64,000 nucleotides of DNA from Nitrosomonadales bacterium (lineage in GTDB: Bacteria > Pseudomonadota > Gammaproteobacteria > Burkholderiales > SG8-39), in the NCBI GenBank assembly GCA_005240145.1, contig SBAS01000019.1, positions 3,277 through 67,276 on the forward strand, given 5' to 3'. The first letter of the stretch is position 1. Each line of letters opens with the position of its first letter. Positions 61,400 through 64,000 of this stretch are shown here, in pieces. Below the pieces are notes generated by a model. The model was given only the letters and a program-made list of their open reading frames with translations, was not told where the DNA came from and did not search any database. A program made the position numbers and the translations under genes.

Positions 61400-62353
61400 A
61401 TGAAGACTCTGCTAGCTGCCATCGCGCTTGTCTTTGCAACCTCCGCCCAGGCGCAGACTTGGCCGACGCGGCAGGTGACCCTCGTCGTGCCGTACCCGCC
61501 GGGCGGCCTGATCGACCTCGTCGCGCGCGCGCTTCAGCCCTTCCTGCAGGCGGAACTCGGCGTTGCGGTGATTGCCGAGAACCGCAGCGGGGCAGGCGGC
61601 AACGTCGGCGCCGAGGTGGTGGCGCGCTCGCAGCCCGACGGCTACACGCTGCTGGTAGCCAATCCCTCGCTCGCCATAAGCCCAACGCTATATGCGAAGC
61701 TGAACTACCGGCCGGTCGAAGACTTTGCCTACGTCGGGCGCTACGGCTCGGTGGCGAACGTGCTTGTCGTGAACCCTGCGGTGCCCGCGAGGACCGTGCA
61801 GGAACTGGTCACCTACGCGAAGAAGAACCCGGGCAAGCTGAATTACGGCTCGCCAGGTTACGGTACCTCGCCGCAACTCTCGTCGGAGCTGTTCAAGAGC
61901 ATGACCGGCACCTTCATCGTGCACATCCCGTTCAGCGGCGCGGGTCCGGCCACCGCGGCGCTGTTCGCGGGCGATACCCAGATGATGATCGACAACATCC
62001 CGCCCCAGGTGGGCAACATCAAGGCCGGCAGGGTGCGCGCGCTCGCGGTGACCAGCCTGCAGCGCTCGAGCGCGCTGCCGGAGGTGCCAACCATGGACGA
62101 GATCGGCCTGAAAGGCTACGAGGTGGCGTCCTTCTTCGGCCTGGCGGCGCGCGCCGGCACGCCGCGCGAAACCGTGATGCGCCTGAACGCCGCTCTCAAC
62201 AACGCCACGCGCAACCCGAAGCTGCGCGAAATACTGGAATCGCGCGGTTCTGTCGTGGTGCAGGGCACGCCCGAAGACTTCCTCAACTTCATCAAGGCGG
62301 AAACCGCCAAATTCGCGCCGGTGATCAAGCGCGCCGGCGTGGTGATCGAGTAG
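61400..62353 (+). CDS. Bug/TctC family periplasmic solute receptor
   Basis: Sec signal; VPYPPGG, ENRSGAGG and LNYGSPG motifs. Confidence 0.93.
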   Translation: MKTLLAAIALVFATSAQAQTWPTRQVTLVVPYPPGGLIDLVARALQPFLQAELGVAVIAENRSGAGGNVGAEVVARSQPDGYTLLVANPSLAISPTLYAKLNYRPVEDFAYVGRYGSVANVLVVNPAVPARTVQELVTYAKKNPGKLNYGSPGYGTSPQLSSELFKSMTGTFIVHIPFSGAGPATAALFAGDTQMMIDNIPPQVGNIKAGRVRALAVTSLQRSSALPEVPTMDEIGLKGYEVASFFGLAARAGTPRETVMRLNAALNNATRNPKLREILESRGSVVVQGTPEDFLNFIKAETAKFAPVIKRAGVVIE

Positions 62354-62359
62354 CGGCGG

Positions 62360-62791
62360 CTAGACGTAGGCCGCGCCTGCCACGCCCTTGGGGGCGTCCT
62401 CGGGACCGGCCTCCGATTTGTCGAAGTCGATCTCGACGCGCGCGTTATTCGGGTCGAAGAAAAACAGCTGCCAGGTGCCGTATTCCGGAAGCCGGCGCAG
62501 TTCGTACTTGATGTCCTTCCTCTTGAGCTTCGCCACCGCGGCGTTGAGTCCCTCGCCGCTGAAGGCCATGTGGTCGAGTACGCCCTTCACGAGGCGCTCC
62601 TTCGCCACGCCCGCGACGATGTGCAGGATCGGGTCCTTGCCCCTGCCGCCGTCGGCGTAGAGCCAGGCGCCGGGAAAAGTGAACGGCGGCCGCGCGCCGG
62701 GCTTGAGGTTCAAGTGCTCCTCGTAGAACGCCAGCGTCGCCGGCAGGTTGTCGGTAAGGATGGTGAAGTGGTTGACGGCGGTTACGGTCAT
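62360..62791 (-). CDS. VOC/glyoxalase family protein
   Basis: NHFTI..FY, RPPFTFPGAWLY, DHMAF and QLFFFDPN..VEI motifs. Confidence 0.9.
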   Translation of the reverse strand: MTVTAVNHFTILTDNLPATLAFYEEHLNLKPGARPPFTFPGAWLYADGGRGKDPILHIVAGVAKERLVKGVLDHMAFSGEGLNAAVAKLKRKDIKYELRRLPEYGTWQLFFFDPNNARVEIDFDKSEAGPEDAPKGVAGAAYV

Positions 62792-62792
62792 T

Positions 62793-63794
62793 TCAGGCTC
62801 CTTTCGCGGCGATCTGCGCCTGCTTGGTCTTGTCGAGTACCGTCATCGCGGTAGTCACGAACGACGCGATGTCGGCGACATTCGCGGGAATGATGAGCGT
62901 GTTCGACTTGTCGGCGAGCAGGCCGAAGGTCTCGATGTACTGCTGCGCCACCTTGAGGTTCGCAGCTTCCATGCCGCCCTTGTCGGTGATCGCCTCGGCC
63001 ACCGCACGCACACCCGCCGCGTTGGCCTCGGCGATGACGCGGATCGCCGTGCCCTCGCCCTGCGCGCGGTTGATGGCGCTTTGCTTCTCGCCCTCGGATT
63101 CGAGGATCGCCGCCTGGCGCTTGCCGTCGGCGACGTTGATCGCCTGCTGGCGCTCGCCTTCGGACTTGGCGATCAGCGCGCGCTTCTCGCGCTCGGCGGT
63201 GATCTGCGCCTGCATCGCACGCAGGATCGATTCGGGCGGCGTGATGCTCTTGATTTCGTAGCGCAGCACCTTGATGCCCCAGTTGCGCCCGGCCTCGTCG
63301 AGCTCGGCGACGATGTGGCGGTTGATGTCCTCGCGCGACTCGAAACTCTTGTCCAGCTCCATCTTGCCGATGACGCTGCGCAGCGTCGTCTGCGCGAGCT
63401 GGCTGATGGCCGCGAGGTAGTTGGCCGAGCCGTAGGAGGCAAGGCGCGGATCGGTCACCTGGTAGTAGAGGATGCCGTCCACCGCGAGCTGGGTGTTGTC
63501 CTTGGTGATGCAGACCTGCTCGGGCACGTCGAGCGGCACTTCCTTGAGCGAATGCTGGTACGCGACGCGGTCGAGGAACGGGATGATGAGGTTGAGGCCG
63601 GGTTCCAGCACCGCGTGAAAGCGCCCCAGCCGCTCGACGACGTAGGCCGACTGCTGCGGCACGATGCGCACGCCCTCGATCACGAATGCCGCGACCACGG
63701 CGATGAAGAAGACCCAGACCGCGTAGCCGCGGGTTTCCGGAATGGCTCCGGTAATCGCGGTGAGGACGATGGCGACAATCAGCTTGGCAAGCAT
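62793..63794 (-). CDS. SPFH/stomatin-like protein (QmcA-like)
   Basis: VVERLGRF, ITKDN, QLAQTTLRSVIG and AEREKRA motifs; ATG 63794. Confidence 0.93.
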   Translation of the reverse strand: MLAKLIVAIVLTAITGAIPETRGYAVWVFFIAVVAAFVIEGVRIVPQQSAYVVERLGRFHAVLEPGLNLIIPFLDRVAYQHSLKEVPLDVPEQVCITKDNTQLAVDGILYYQVTDPRLASYGSANYLAAISQLAQTTLRSVIGKMELDKSFESREDINRHIVAELDEAGRNWGIKVLRYEIKSITPPESILRAMQAQITAEREKRALIAKSEGERQQAINVADGKRQAAILESEGEKQSAINRAQGEGTAIRVIAEANAAGVRAVAEAITDKGGMEAANLKVAQQYIETFGLLADKSNTLIIPANVADIASFVTTAMTVLDKTKQAQIAAKGA

Positions 63795-63870
63795 GGGCGA
63801 TTCCCTCTTTGATTGGCTGGCCACCGCCTGCGGCTCTTGCGCCGCGGGCAGGCCGACCGGAACGTGAACC

Positions 63871-64000
63871 TTACGCGGGACGACGGATGGTGACTTTGAG
63901 CGTGTTGCCATTGGCTGTGACTACGTAAAGCATCGCCCCGGCGTCGACGGCCGCATCGCCGTCCACCAGCGCGTCCCAGGAGGTGCCGCGGTAGCGCACG
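63871..64000 (-). CDS. NfeD-family (YbbJ-like) protein, 3' end only
   Basis: Manual translation gives VRYRGTSWDA...VVTANGNTLKV...*, an OB-fold end typically found upstream of SPFH genes. Confidence 0.8.
   Translation of the reverse strand, partial: VRYRGTSWDALVDGDAAVDAGAMLYVVTANGNTLKVTIRRPA

Overview
High-GC (roughly two-thirds by eye) betaproteobacterial-type chromosome segment that is mostly housekeeping genes. In order: AmmeMemoRadiSam B (partial), pncC, pgpA, thiL, nusB, ribH, ribB(X); the rpsP-rimM-trmD-rplS operon; ffh, a CcsA/YpjD protein and a CNNM protein; pilC-pilD-coaE-zapD-yacG and an EAL protein; Nudix, DUF815 ATPase, argJ, secA, M23 peptidase, dciA, lpxC; a full dcw cluster (mraZ to ftsZ, including murB); a CoA-transferase pair; an MCE module; a sugar-acid catabolic cluster with three Bug/TctC solute receptors; and VOC, SPFH and NfeD genes. 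Two accessory stretches interrupt conserved gene order. The first lies between rpsP and ffh (~6.45-11.15 kb): a SeqA-N-like/Mrr-N fusion, a ParDE pair coupled to a third gene with a duplicated motif, and an ffh-linked membrane-protein operon. The second lies between lpxC and ftsZ (~27.55-32.88 kb): internally deleted phnE-like and ridA-like genes, an intact PuuE-like/PrpD-like/CoA-ligase trio, and an RHH-RelE/ParE toxin-antitoxin pair. I saw no rRNA, tRNA, CRISPR array, integrase or transposase. I cannot claim a definite new system. The best leads are the SeqA-N/Mrr-N protein, the three-gene TA locus, the catabolic trio, the degenerate EAL protein, and recurrent leaderless or non-canonical translation starts. 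All family calls come from recognising motifs by eye; no database searches were run.
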